A stretch of DNA of 64,000 bases from the human T2T-CHM13v2.0 reference genome, Homo sapiens, in the NCBI RefSeq assembly GCF_009914755.1, contig NC_060928.1; one strand, 5' to 3'. The translations under genes were made by a program, and so were the position numbers. Under the pieces are notes generated by a model. That model searched no databases and was not told the DNA's origin. It saw only the letters and a program-made list of their open reading frames with translations. Position 1 is the stretch's first letter; every line of letters starts with the position of its first letter. This document shows, piece after piece, positions 30,867-47,752 of this stretch.

Positions 30867-31184
30867 AAGAATTTGTGTTTTTAGAAGTCAAAATAACATT
30901 TTGTTTATGCTTATGAAACAAACCATTAATCTTATAAGATCTGATATCTCATATTCTTCTGACCAAGGAGAAGAGGCCTTTGAAAGATTACATGGAAATT
31001 ATGGGGAATGTGAAGAGTCATCATTGTTATTAAAAATAATTTTTATATTTGTTTTCTAGGGAATATGGGGGTATGGACGCAGATAATAAACTATGGCTGA
31101 ACATCTTGTGTCCTATGTAGAAGTGGTCAAAGAGGCAGTGTTTTTCCACCCAAGTGCCTAAGAATATTGATGTGTGTGTTGCAG

Positions 31185-31347
31185 GTACTTCTCCCAGCAG
31201 CTGGTCTCTTACAGTTACAGGATGTGAAGAAGACTTGTTGTGAATTTTTGGAATCCCAGCTTCACCCTGTCAACTGCTTAGGAATCCGGGCTTTTGCTGA
31301 TATGCATGCATGTACCGACCTTCTGAACAAGGCCAACACCTATGCAG
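31185..31347 (+). CDS. KLHL2: KLHL2 internal coding exon (BTB end/BACK start): [54 protein letters not shown](E)
   Basis: Acceptor ttgcag ending 31184; donor CAG|GCAAGT (GC type) at 31348; 163 nt, phase 0 in, phase 1 out. The [10 protein letters not shown] motif is typical of KLHL BACK. Confidence 0.95.
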
Positions 31348-31588
31348 GCAAGTGGAGTAGACCTCAGCTGAATTTGGGAGGAAACTGCTTGGTTTTTGAT
31401 ATGATTCCACAGTGGTCTCTGGAAAGTCATGTCATATTTCTGGATCTGGGCTTTATAAAAATACATTTAAAATCTTATAATGGTCACACTGCATAACTGA
31501 AGCATACTCATAAAATTCTGAACTTAAAAAGCAAGCAACTATACATTGGGATTGGGCCTGAATAATAGAATAGCTAGGAATAGCTAGG

Positions 31589-31694
31589 TTTTTTTGTTTT
31601 TTTTTTTTTGAGACGGAGTCTTGCCCTGTCACCCAGGCTGCGGTGTGGTGGTGCAATCTTGGCTCATTGCAACCTCCGCCTCCAGGGTTCAAGA
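31589..31694 (-). mobile_element. Alu 3' fragment (5'-truncated)
   Basis: T-tract + gagacggagtcttgccctgtcacc...ggttcaag; flanked by gaatagct repeats. Confidence 0.8.
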
Positions 31695-32204
31695 AGAATA
31701 GCTGTATGTATTTTTCTTTCAAATTGTTAAATGAATAGGCATATGAGAAAGTATATGCATGTGAAGTTATTTTAGCTCTGATTTTTTACATTGTTTTTTT
31801 TTTTTTTTTTTTTTTTGCATCCATGAAAACAATTTTGTGGCTTAAAAAAATCTTCAAAGCAGTGAAATATAGATACATTTGGTGGAGTAGAAAAGTAGAC
31901 CAATAGAAGCAGCCCACTCCTTGCATGCTGGTTCCATGGCCTACTGCTACTGCTGGCATTTCCCTGTGGCAGAGGGAGGGCCTGTTGCTGTTTTCAAGGA
32001 GCCCTTGCTTTAGCTGCTCTTCAGGCCCTTCAGACCCCTCATCTCTGCAGTTGGGGAGGAGACATTGTTATAGCTTTGAATGCACACACATAGTTCACAA
32101 ATGTAATCTATATTTTATTTGAGTTTATAAACAAAAATATATATTAAAAGTGATTATTAGGAAATTTCTTTTTTTAGTTTATGCTTTCATTTAATGATTA
32201 CATC

Positions 32205-32572
32205 CTTTTTTTTTTATTCTAATAGCTTTAGGAGTACAAGTGGTTTTTGGTTACATGAATGACTTGTATAGTCACGAGGTCTGGGATTTTAATGTACCCG
32301 TCACCTGAGTAGTAGACATTGTACTCTAATCGGTAGTTTTTCATCCATCACCATCCTCTCAACCTCCCCACTTCTGAGTCTCCCATGTCCATTATACCAC
32401 TCTGTCTGCCTTTGCATACTGATAGCTTAGCTCCCACTTATAAGTGTGAATATGTAGTATTTGGTTTTCCATTCCTGAGTTACTTAACTTAGAATAATGG
32501 CCTCCGGTTTCATCCAAGTTGCTGCAAAAGACATTATTTCTTTCTTTTTTTATGGCAGAGTAGTATTCCATC

Positions 32573-32604
<32 letters not shown>

Positions 32605-32665
32605 GTACGTATATACACGTATATATGTACACACATGTATATACATATATGTCTACATACGTATA

Positions 32666-32762
<97 letters not shown>

Positions 32763-33561
32763 ATCCACTCATTGGCTGATGGGCACTTAGGTTGATTCCA
32801 TATCTTTGCAATTGTGAATTGTACTGTGATAAACATACACATCTGGGTGTCTTTTTGATTTAATGATTTCTTTTCCTTTAGGTAGATACTCGGTAGTGAA
32901 ATTGCTGGATTGGATTTTAATTTCTTTGAGGAATCTCCAGACTGTTTTCCATAGAGGTTGTACGAATTTACATTCCCACCAGCAGCATATAAGCGTTCCC
33001 GTTTCACCACATCCACACCAACATCTATTGTTTTTTCACTTTTAATAATAGCTATTCTGGTTAGGGCAAGGTGGTATCTCGCTGAGGTTTTAATTTGCAT
33101 TTTCCTGATGATTAGTGATGTTCAGCATTTCTTTCATGTTTGTTGACCATTTGTATATCTTCTTTTTAAGAAATATCTGTTCATGTCATTTGCCCACTGT
33201 TTAATGGGATTATTTGATTTTTTCTTGCTGACTTGTTTGAGTTCCTTTTAGATTCTGGATATTAGTCCTTTGTCAGAGGCATATTTTGCAAATATTTCCT
33301 CCCATTCTATAGGTTGTGTGTTTACTCTGGTGATTATTTCTTTGGTCTTGTGGAAGTTTTTTTTGTTTAATTAGGTCCCATTTATTTATTTTTGTGTTTG
33401 TCACATTTGCATTTGGGGTCTTTGTCATAAATTTTTTGTTTCGGCCAATGCCCAGAAGTTTTTCCTAAGTTTTCTTCTAGAATTTTGATGGTTTCAGGTC
33501 TTAGATTTAAGTCTTTAATCCATCTTGGGTTAATTTTTATATATGGTGAGAGATAGGGATC
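32205..33561 (-). mobile_element. L1PB-type LINE, 3' portion (poly(A), 3'UTR, end of ORF2)
   Basis: T-tract at ~32206 followed by L1PB-like 3'UTR (aatagctttaggagtacaagtggtttttggttacatg); ORF2 C-terminal fragments ([11 protein letters not shown]...). Confidence 0.8.
32572..32755. repeat. Compound (TA)n/(CA)n/(TG)n microsatellite inside L1PB
   Basis: About 185 bp of almost uninterrupted alternating purine-pyrimidine sequence. Confidence 0.95.
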
Positions 33562-33597
33562 TCTCACCATATATAAAACGTGTACACGAGCACAACG

Positions 33598-38898
<5,301 letters not shown>

Positions 38899-39665
38899 TC
38901 CCCAGTTTATGTTTTTGTATGCTTTGTCGAAGATCAGTTGTTTGTAAATATTTACTTTATTTCTGGGTTCTCTATTCTGTTCCATTGGTCTACATATCTA
39001 CTTATATGCCAGTGCCATACTGTTCTGGTTATGATACCCTTATATTAGTATAATTTGAAGTCAGGTAATGTCATGCCTCTAGATTTGTTCTTTTTGCTTA
39101 GGATTACATTGGCTATTTGGGCCTTTTTAAAAAAATTCCATATGCATTTTAGGATTTTTTTTTTATAATTCTGTGAAGAGTGATGGCATTTTGATAGGAA
39201 TTGCATTGACTCTGTAGATTGCTTTGGACAGTATGGTCATTTTCATGGTGTTGATTCTTCTAGTCTGTGAACATGGGATGTATTTCCATTTGTTTGTATC
39301 ATCTATGATTTCTTTAAGCAGTGTTTTGTAGTTCTCCTTGTAGAGTTCTTCACCTCCTTGGTTAAATATATTCCTAAGTATTTTATTTTATTTTGTAGCT
39401 ATTATAAAAGGGATTGAGTTCTTAATTTGATTCTCAGCTTGGTCATTGTTCGTGTGTAGCAGTGCTACTGATTTATGTACATTGATTTTGTAACCTGAGG
39501 CTTTACTGAATTCATTTATCAAAGCTAGGCGCCTTTTGGAGGAGTCTTTAGGGCTTTCTAGGTATAAGATCATATCATCAGCAAACAGAGATAGTTTGAC
39601 TTTCTCTTTTCCAATTTGGATGCCCTTTATTTCTTTCTTTTGCCTGATTACTCTGTCTGGGACTT
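38899..39665 (-). mobile_element. L1PB-type LINE, continuation of the element interrupted by L1PA
   Basis: ORF2 fragments (MEQNREPRNK..., [13 protein letters not shown]...) colinear with the piece ending at 33561, after a ~65-nt gap. Confidence 0.8.
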
Positions 39666-41431
39666 ACGGAAGTTGCTAATTTGTTTTTAAACTATATTTC
39701 TGGAAGATAAATCTGGTAGAAGTTACAATCCACCAACTGCCTGCAAGACTCTGCTTTGCATCTATGAGACTCAATAGGAATAGTTCCTGTGGAAGCTTCT
39801 GTGTTCACTGCTCCTTTAATAGGCTCTAGAACTGTAACTTCCCCAGATTTCAAATGCAGGAGCCTTTTGTCTAAACTGCTTCAGTGTGCTTACTCTGATG
39901 AGTAAGGAAGCTTTTGGTACATAGATGTGGGTAAGGGAGAATGCATGTGTGTATATATATGTGTGTCTCTGCCTGCACAGAGCATTGGAGAGTAGTAGTC
40001 CTAGAATCCGTATTTCATTTACCAAATAAATAATGGTTCAAAGTGGTTAGTTGAAAAAACAAAAACCACAGTGCTTCACTAAATCACAGTAGGTCCAATA
40101 AATTTAGACCTTATTGATTTCTATTGGGTGGCCTGATGGCCTAACTGCCCTTTAGAAAATTATTTCAGTGAAAAAATGTGATCTGAGTTCTAGGAAGCCG
40201 ATTTACAGATGAGCTTTTAGAACACAACCCTTCTGTAAGTTGGGGAATGCCTGTAGTGTGTAGCACTATTCATGCAGCACTTTTGAATAGAATGAAGCAT
40301 TTTATGAAAAACCAAAGACAAATATGAATTTATTGGTGTATTCCAATGCAAGCAATTCTGTTCAACTAAGTAGAAAATATTACTTCTAAATTCAGATTCC
40401 ATTAACTGCTAGACTTAATGCACCTGTTATAAGTGACTTCTATTAGGAAAACCAAGAAAGCTTTTGTATTTTTAGATATTTTTTGCTGCATGAAACAATC
40501 ACTATTTAACCTTTTATCTTTCCTGGGCTGCCAGTTTTCTCTATAGTGATTGATAAATGTTACTGACTGCTAATGGGGAGAGGAGGGTCAGTGCCTGGGG
40601 AGAGAATGAATAAAGTAGGATTAATGCACAGGATATCCAAACATAGTTCATATGATGTACTAGAACTCTTAGTTTTGCTTATATCAGAAGCAACTCATTT
40701 ACTGTGTTTTTAGGAGATCATTAGATTTTTAAAAATCTTTCTCTTATTTAAAATCTTAAATTTATTCTAGTATACTACAAAATATAAAAAATTTTCCACC
40801 AGAATTAGAACACTTCTGTTTCTTAGTTTGTAGAATCCTCCTTTGTAATTATGCCAAGAATTTTTCATGAAAAATTATTCACTTTCAGTAAAATTATAAA
40901 GAAGCATTGATTCTTCATTTTTAATGCACTATATTTTGCATCTGAATCTAGCTTTAAAGGATGTACTGCTTTTATACCATGCTTCTGAATCTTGTATTTG
41001 CTTGAGTTTCTTAGGTTTTAGGTAACATTTTAAAACATCTTTCATTATGAAAAATTGCAAGCATGTACAAGAATAGAATAGTACTCATGATCCAACTTCA
41101 ACAGTTGTCAACTCAGGGACAATTTTGTTTTAATTATAACCTTCGTTACTCCCCTTCCCTTTTTTTTATATGCAAACATTTTACTGAAGTCTAATGTACG
41201 TATAGAAAAGTACACAAATCATGTCTACAGCTTGAGGAATTTTATACATCCTCTTGTATTATCTTGAAGCAATTGTCATGCTTTACCTATGTATTTCATC
41301 CTTATATTTTAAACAAATGCCATTACAAAGACCATGCTTGTATAATGAAGTTATTTCCATATCTTTGGTGTATTGATAACTAGTTGTAATAAACTTTCCA
41401 AAATAATCCAGAATAATACTATAAAACAGTT

Positions 41432-41784
41432 TGATATGGTTTGGCTATGTCCCCACCCAGATCTCATCTTGAATTCCCATGTGTGGTGGGAAGGACCCAG
41501 TGGGAAGTAGTTGAATCATGGGGGGCAGGTCTTTCCTTTGCTGTTCTTGTGATAGTAAGTCTCACAAGATCTGATGGTTTTAAAAATGGGAGTTTCCCTG
41601 CACAAGCTCTCTCTCTTTGCCTGCTGCCATCCGTGTAAGACATGACTTGCTCCTCCTTGCCTTCCACCATCATTGTAAGGCCTCCCCAGCCATGTGGAAC
41701 TATAAGTCCATTAAACCTCTTCCTTTTGTAAATTGCCTAGTCTTGCATATGTCTTTATCAGCAGCATGAAAACAGACTAATACG
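41432..41784 (+). mobile_element. Solo THE1 (THE1A-like) LTR
   Basis: tgatatggtttggct...gactaatac(g) termini; TSD cagtt/caatt. Confidence 0.9.
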
Positions 41785-42316
41785 CAATTGTTCCTCATAG
41801 TGAAACTATCTGATTGTTCTTGACATTTTAAGCAAATAGGAAGTGGGGAGATAAGGAGTCCATGCAGTAAGATGTCTATAGCTCCTTTTCTACCATAAAC
41901 AAATAATTGTTGTTTAGGTGATTTGTCTTTAAAGCACTCTATTTGTCCAGAAAATTTACCCAAACCTTCAAATTACTTTCAAGTCAAATCACATAGCTTG
42001 TGAAGAACTCCAAGAGGGTGACAGGACACAGTGGCAGTAAAGTTAATATTTTTCTTTTTCTTTTTCTTTTTCTTTTTCTTTTCCCTATCATAGGCAGTAG
42101 GACTTGTGACAGGCTTTTCTAGGTAGGAAAGAAAAGAAGGAAGGGAAGAAATAAATAGCAATAGATGACTCAATACATACATACATATATACATGTAAAG
42201 CAGAAGGGAGGAGAAAGAAGCTGAGGGAAAAAAGGATGGATAAGGAGAGAAAGCCTGCAGGACCTCGGGGTATTGTCTGGTCCATGGTGTGACTGCACAT
42301 AAGAAGAGCACTCTCG

Positions 42317-42899
<583 letters not shown>

Positions 42900-43086
42900 T
42901 CACCCCGAGATGCTCTCGTGGCTTCAGCAGCGTGGCACTGGCAGTGACAGCCTGTCGCACTGACCACCCTGCTTCTCCAAGGCGTGGAGTGACAGCTCAG
43001 TGTGACCAGACCGCCCAGGTTAAATGGCCTATGTGCTGAGGCATGGTGTTCTGGACTATGGTCAGCCTTCGTTACACTCCTGAAAG

Positions 43087-43130
43087 ATTTATTTTATTTT
43101 ATTTTATTTTATTTTATTTTATTTTATTTT
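43087..43130. repeat. (ATTTT)n repeat
   Basis: Direct reading. Confidence 0.9.
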
Positions 43131-43591
43131 AGCTTAAAAAGCTGTATGAAATTATTTTTTGTATCATGTCTAAAAATGAAATTTTTCTCAGTTAACCCCA
43201 AGTGTACTAACTTATTCAGAGAGTGCTGGTTTGTGGACTCTTCTCATGTTTGTTGGGTGGTATCTATATTTTAACCATTTCTCAAATCATTAGCACCTTT
43301 ATTTTTAGCATTTTTTGCAGGCCAAAAATATAGAGGAGATAAAAATTGAACTCATTGGTTTAGATGCATTTTAATAGTTCTAGCAAAAGACTCTTTGGAA
43401 ATTGGATTTTAATTATAACTTGAAATATGAATTTTATTCAGTATTTCTTATTGATAGCCAAGCACATTTAAGGGGACAAAAATTGTTTCAGATTTTTAGT
43501 CATTCCTATACCTCACCACTTCCCATACTGAAAATTTGAGAAACTACTTAGTACTAGTTCTAACTGATCTTTGGGGAAGTTTGTGGTATCA

Positions 43592-43732
43592 TTTTCTTTT
43601 TCTTTTTTAAAATAGAGACGGGCTCTTGCTGTGTTGCCCAGGCTGTGCTCGAACTCCTGGCCTTAAGCAGTCCTCCTGCCTTGGCTTCCCAGAGTCGGGA
43701 TTACAGGCATGAGCTACCACACCCAGCCTGAC
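43592..43732 (-). mobile_element. FLAM/Alu left monomer
   Basis: agagacgggctcttgctgtgttgcccaggc...ggattacaggcatgagc. Confidence 0.75.
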
Positions 43733-43826
43733 TACCATTTTCAAGCTAGAGCTGTAGCTGAAATTCTGGGCTTGGTAAGCACTCAGCATTCCTCAGTAAC
43801 AGGACTACCTGTGGAGAATTCCTTCA

Positions 43827-44161
<335 letters not shown>

Positions 44162-45734
44162 TCATTTTATTTTCCATTCTTTGGCTCTTAACTCTGTTAT
44201 TAGTTTATATATCCCAGGCCCCGGCGGTAGTAACTACTTTACCCAGGCCTGTTCAGGCACCCCTCACTGTCCAGCTTCTGTCCTTTCCACTAGGCCTATA
44301 AAATGATCAAACTTTTTTATATGCGCAAGTATTTTCATGTGTGTCCCCTCTGTCTTTGTCATAAATGAAACTTTGTGTTTCCCCCAAACCTGTATGTCGT
44401 GAGCAGACTTCTCGAAGGGATCACTCCCCACAGCCCACTGGGAACCTAGGTAGAAGGGTACCACTTCCAGACCATTGCTCTCACTGCCATCAGCCTAACT
44501 TTTTTTTTTTTCACTGTTTATTACAAAACAAAGTAATTTTAAGATATTTTTAAAGATTGACGTTAAGAAGCTAGATTAGGTGACTTCTTATAATATGTGA
44601 CATTAAATATTTTGAGAAATTCTTGGTTTCCTTGGAAGGCATTTATAATGATAAACCTTTTTTCAGTTATAATAAGATACTAAGCAGAGATAATTTTGTC
44701 ATCCCAGATAGCAATTTCTTATTCACAATTGATAACATTTGAACTGAAAGAGATTCCTGGCTTTATTTCTATATTTTTTTCTACTTAGGTATTTAACTTT
44801 TTTGACATCCTCTTATCCCCTCAATAGGATCCAAAATATGTCTAAAATTAATTCAAAAGAAAACTATTTGAATTATTGCTTGTGTTTGAAAACAGTATTT
44901 ACTGTAGTATTCCACAGTTTCTTCTTTTTTTAGGCTAAGACAATTAAATAAAAATGTAAGGGATAAGAAATATAGTTGAAGTCACAATAAAGTATATTTT
45001 CTTTTATGGACATAAAACATAAATTTTAAATGTTGGCTGTTTAAGAAAAAAATTCTGGTAGATATTATGCATAACCATTGCCCAAAAATGTATACAGCTG
45101 TTTTCCAACATATTGATATACATAGTGGTTCACTTAAGACCAGCCCTGTTAGAACCTTCTGAATATAATGTGCTCTTAATTTATAAATGGGCTACCCTCA
45201 GTGTATAAAATATATAGGCATATATGTTATACATACAAAGTAAAAAATATAAAAAGGAAAGATGGAAGAAAAAAGAAAGTATCCTTTCCTATAAGATCTA
45301 GACAGAAAGTCATTATAATTAATGGGACCATGGAAAATATTGGAAGGATTTCAGTTTTGGCAAATACTTTTCAGAAAAATATCCAAGCTATGAGAACACT
45401 AAATGTCTATTTTAATAATTTAGTAGATATTTCTATTCAAACATTCAGTAAAGGTGTTTCCGTCTTCTACTATGTAGAAAAGAAGACTTTTGGGGTATCT
45501 GTTAAAAGCGAAGAGCTGCTCATTTTTAACAGGTTAGTAATAACCTTTTAATCAAGTATATGTCATGCAAAGACTCAAGTCCTGTTCCAGTAGTGTTTGA
45601 GTATGTTTGATGGAAGATTCCAATGGTGAGGATCTGAATTCTTCGTACATCTTAGAGGGAATGGAGCAGGATGTTATGGCAATGGAGGGGGTCAGCCCCA
45701 AAGGTAGCTGGCCCAACCTTAACTGTGGATGTTA

Positions 45735-45737
<3 letters not shown>

Positions 45738-45779
<42 letters not shown>
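45738..45779. repeat. (CA)~21 microsatellite in GK3 3'UTR
   Basis: Direct reading. Confidence 0.95.
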
Positions 45780-45780
<1 letters not shown>

Positions 45781-45976
45781 AAATATTTCTATAGCATTCT
45801 TTTTGCTGCATTTTCTTTATTTTAAGCCACAGGTCTACTTGGAGGGTCACGCAGCAAGTGGCTTATAAATAAAATCAAAGTCTATGAATAGTGTCATCGC
45901 ATTAAGAGACAATTGCTGGGTTGTTCTTTCATTATGTAAAAAGCTCGCATCTTGGGAATCCATGAGTTGGTAGGTT

Positions 45977-47638
45977 TTATGGAATACCTGAGATGTACCT
46001 TGCTCCGATTAACATTGCCATGCTACTCACTATAAAAAAGCCCAAGGGCAGACTACAGAAGACACTAGGGTCACCACCTTCTGGAGATTGAGTTGTAACC
46101 CAACCCATTGACTTCATCACAGCTTTCTTCCATGTAGAATAACGAATTTCACTTTCCTCAGCATTAATCTGAGGTTCAAACCGCTCCATCGTGACGGCGG
46201 ACAAATCCTCAGGTTCAAGACTCCATACGTCGACTCCTTCTGCAGCCCCTGCCGCCATGGCAGCACCCAGTGCAGTGGTTTCGGGCATCAAGGGCTTCAC
46301 TACTGGAATATACAGAATGTCTGCTTGTAGCTGCATAAGAATTTTGTTGCTGGTCATTCCTCCATCAACCTGCAAATGACTGAGTGGAATTCCACAGTCT
46401 CGATTCATGGCATCCAAAATCTCTCGAGTTTGGAAACAAACAGCTTCTAATGCAGCAAAAGCAATATGGCATTTATTCGTGAATTGAGTGAGTCCACAGA
46501 TTATCCCTCTTGCGCTGGGCTCCCAATAAGGTGCATATAACCCCGAAAATGCTGGGACGAAGTAGCAGCCATAAGAAGTACCTACTTCTTTAGCAAGTTT
46601 TTCAATTTCTTCTGAGGTCTTTATAATTCCAAGATTGTCTCTTAGCCAGCGAATAACAGCACCAGCTATAGCTACAGAACCTTCCAAAGCGTAATATACC
46701 GGTTTGTCTCTGCCAAGTTTGTAAGCCACTGTGGTGAGAAGGCCATGATCAGAAAATACACACTTATGGCCTGTATTACATAGTAAGAAACATCCTGTTC
46801 CATACGTATTTTTGGCTTGTCCAATCTGGAAGCACATTTGTCCCACCAGTGCAGCAGACTGGTCCCCTAAACACCCAGATATTGGCACACCTTCCAAGGC
46901 CCCCGCTTTCATTAGGCCATAGATCTCAGAAGAACTCCGAACATGTGGAAGAATTTCCATTGGAATTCCAAAAAATTCACAGAGTTGTTTATCCCATTCC
47001 AAAGAATGAATGTTGAAAAGCATAGTCCTACTTGCATTTGTTACATCTGTACAGTGGACACCTCCATTGACGCCTCCTGTCAAACTCCAAATAAGCCATG
47101 AATCAATAGTCCCAAAAAGAGCTCGTTTTTCTTCAACGGCCTTTTGAACTTTTCTCACATTGTCGAGGAGCCAGCGAAGTTTCACTGCACTGAAGTAAGT
47201 GCTAAGTGGAAGGCCTGTCTTGGACTTGACAAAGTTATTATTTCCTGGAATTCTTTTACTAAGACTCTCAACGGTAGACTGTGTTCTTAGATCAAGCCAC
47301 ACCACAGCATTGTAGAGAGGCTCTCCAGTTATCTTGTCCCAGACTACGGTGGTTTCCCTCTGGTTGCTGACACCAATAGCTTTTATGTTGGAAATACCAA
47401 TATTGAGCTGTCCAAGTTTCTCACATGTTTTCTCTATACACTCATAGACAGAATGTAGAATTTCCTTAGGGTCCTGTTCCACCCATCCTTCTCTTGGGAA
47501 CTCTTGTTTTATTTCCACTTGATGATGACTAAGTAGTTCAGCTGTTCTTGAATTGAAAACCAAAAAGCGCGTGGAACTGGTGCCTTGGTCCACTGCCCCC
47601 ACCAATGGCCCCAAAACTGCCTTCTTTGAGGCTGCCAT
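45977..47638 (-). CDS. GK3: Glycerol kinase 3, intronless retrogene with intact 553-aa ORF
   Basis: Uninterrupted ORF with FGGY kinase motifs [34 protein letters not shown] and a hydrophobic C-terminal tail ([17 protein letters not shown]). Near-identical to recalled human X-linked GK; no introns. Confidence 0.95.
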   Translation of the reverse strand: MAASKKAVLGPLVGAVDQGTSSTRFLVFNSRTAELLSHHQVEIKQEFPREGWVEQDPKEILHSVYECIEKTCEKLGQLNIGISNIKAIGVSNQRETTVVWDKITGEPLYNAVVWLDLRTQSTVESLSKRIPGNNNFVKSKTGLPLSTYFSAVKLRWLLDNVRKVQKAVEEKRALFGTIDSWLIWSLTGGVNGGVHCTDVTNASRTMLFNIHSLEWDKQLCEFFGIPMEILPHVRSSSEIYGLMKAGALEGVPISGCLGDQSAALVGQMCFQIGQAKNTYGTGCFLLCNTGHKCVFSDHGLLTTVAYKLGRDKPVYYALEGSVAIAGAVIRWLRDNLGIIKTSEEIEKLAKEVGTSYGCYFVPAFSGLYAPYWEPSARGIICGLTQFTNKCHIAFAALEAVCFQTREILDAMNRDCGIPLSHLQVDGGMTSNKILMQLQADILYIPVVKPLMPETTALGAAMAAGAAEGVDVWSLEPEDLSAVTMERFEPQINAEESEIRYSTWKKAVMKSMGWVTTQSPEGGDPSVFCSLPLGFFIVSSMAMLIGARYISGIP

Positions 47639-47649
47639 GAAACCAGCTT

Positions 47650-47752
47650 CAGGTCCGCCCGCGTTTGCGGCCGGTTTCCTGGGTGACGGCGGCGGGAGGG
47701 GGAGGGGAGGGTGACGAGTCCAAAGAGCGAGGCCGCGCGAGTCCGCTGAACT
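47650..47752 (-). promoter_or_regulatory. CpG/GC-rich leader of GK3 retrocopy (mini CpG island with GC boxes)
   Basis: About 14 CpGs in ~100 bp plus ggcgggagggggagggg tracts, in an otherwise CpG-depleted window. Confidence 0.5.

Larger units (their letters stand above)
44500..47752 (-). other. GK3: Full processed GK mRNA retrocopy: 5'UTR 47639-47752, 3'UTR ~44512-45976, poly(A) 44500-44511
   Basis: T-tract 44500-44511 with reverse-complement AATAAA at 44517-44522. TSD agcctaactttttt (44492-44505) / agcctcacttcttt (47753-47766), 12/14 identical. Confidence 0.8.

Noticed and set aside
32392-32790. YI/TH/CV-repeat ORFs
   Set aside because: Translations of the dinucleotide microsatellite.
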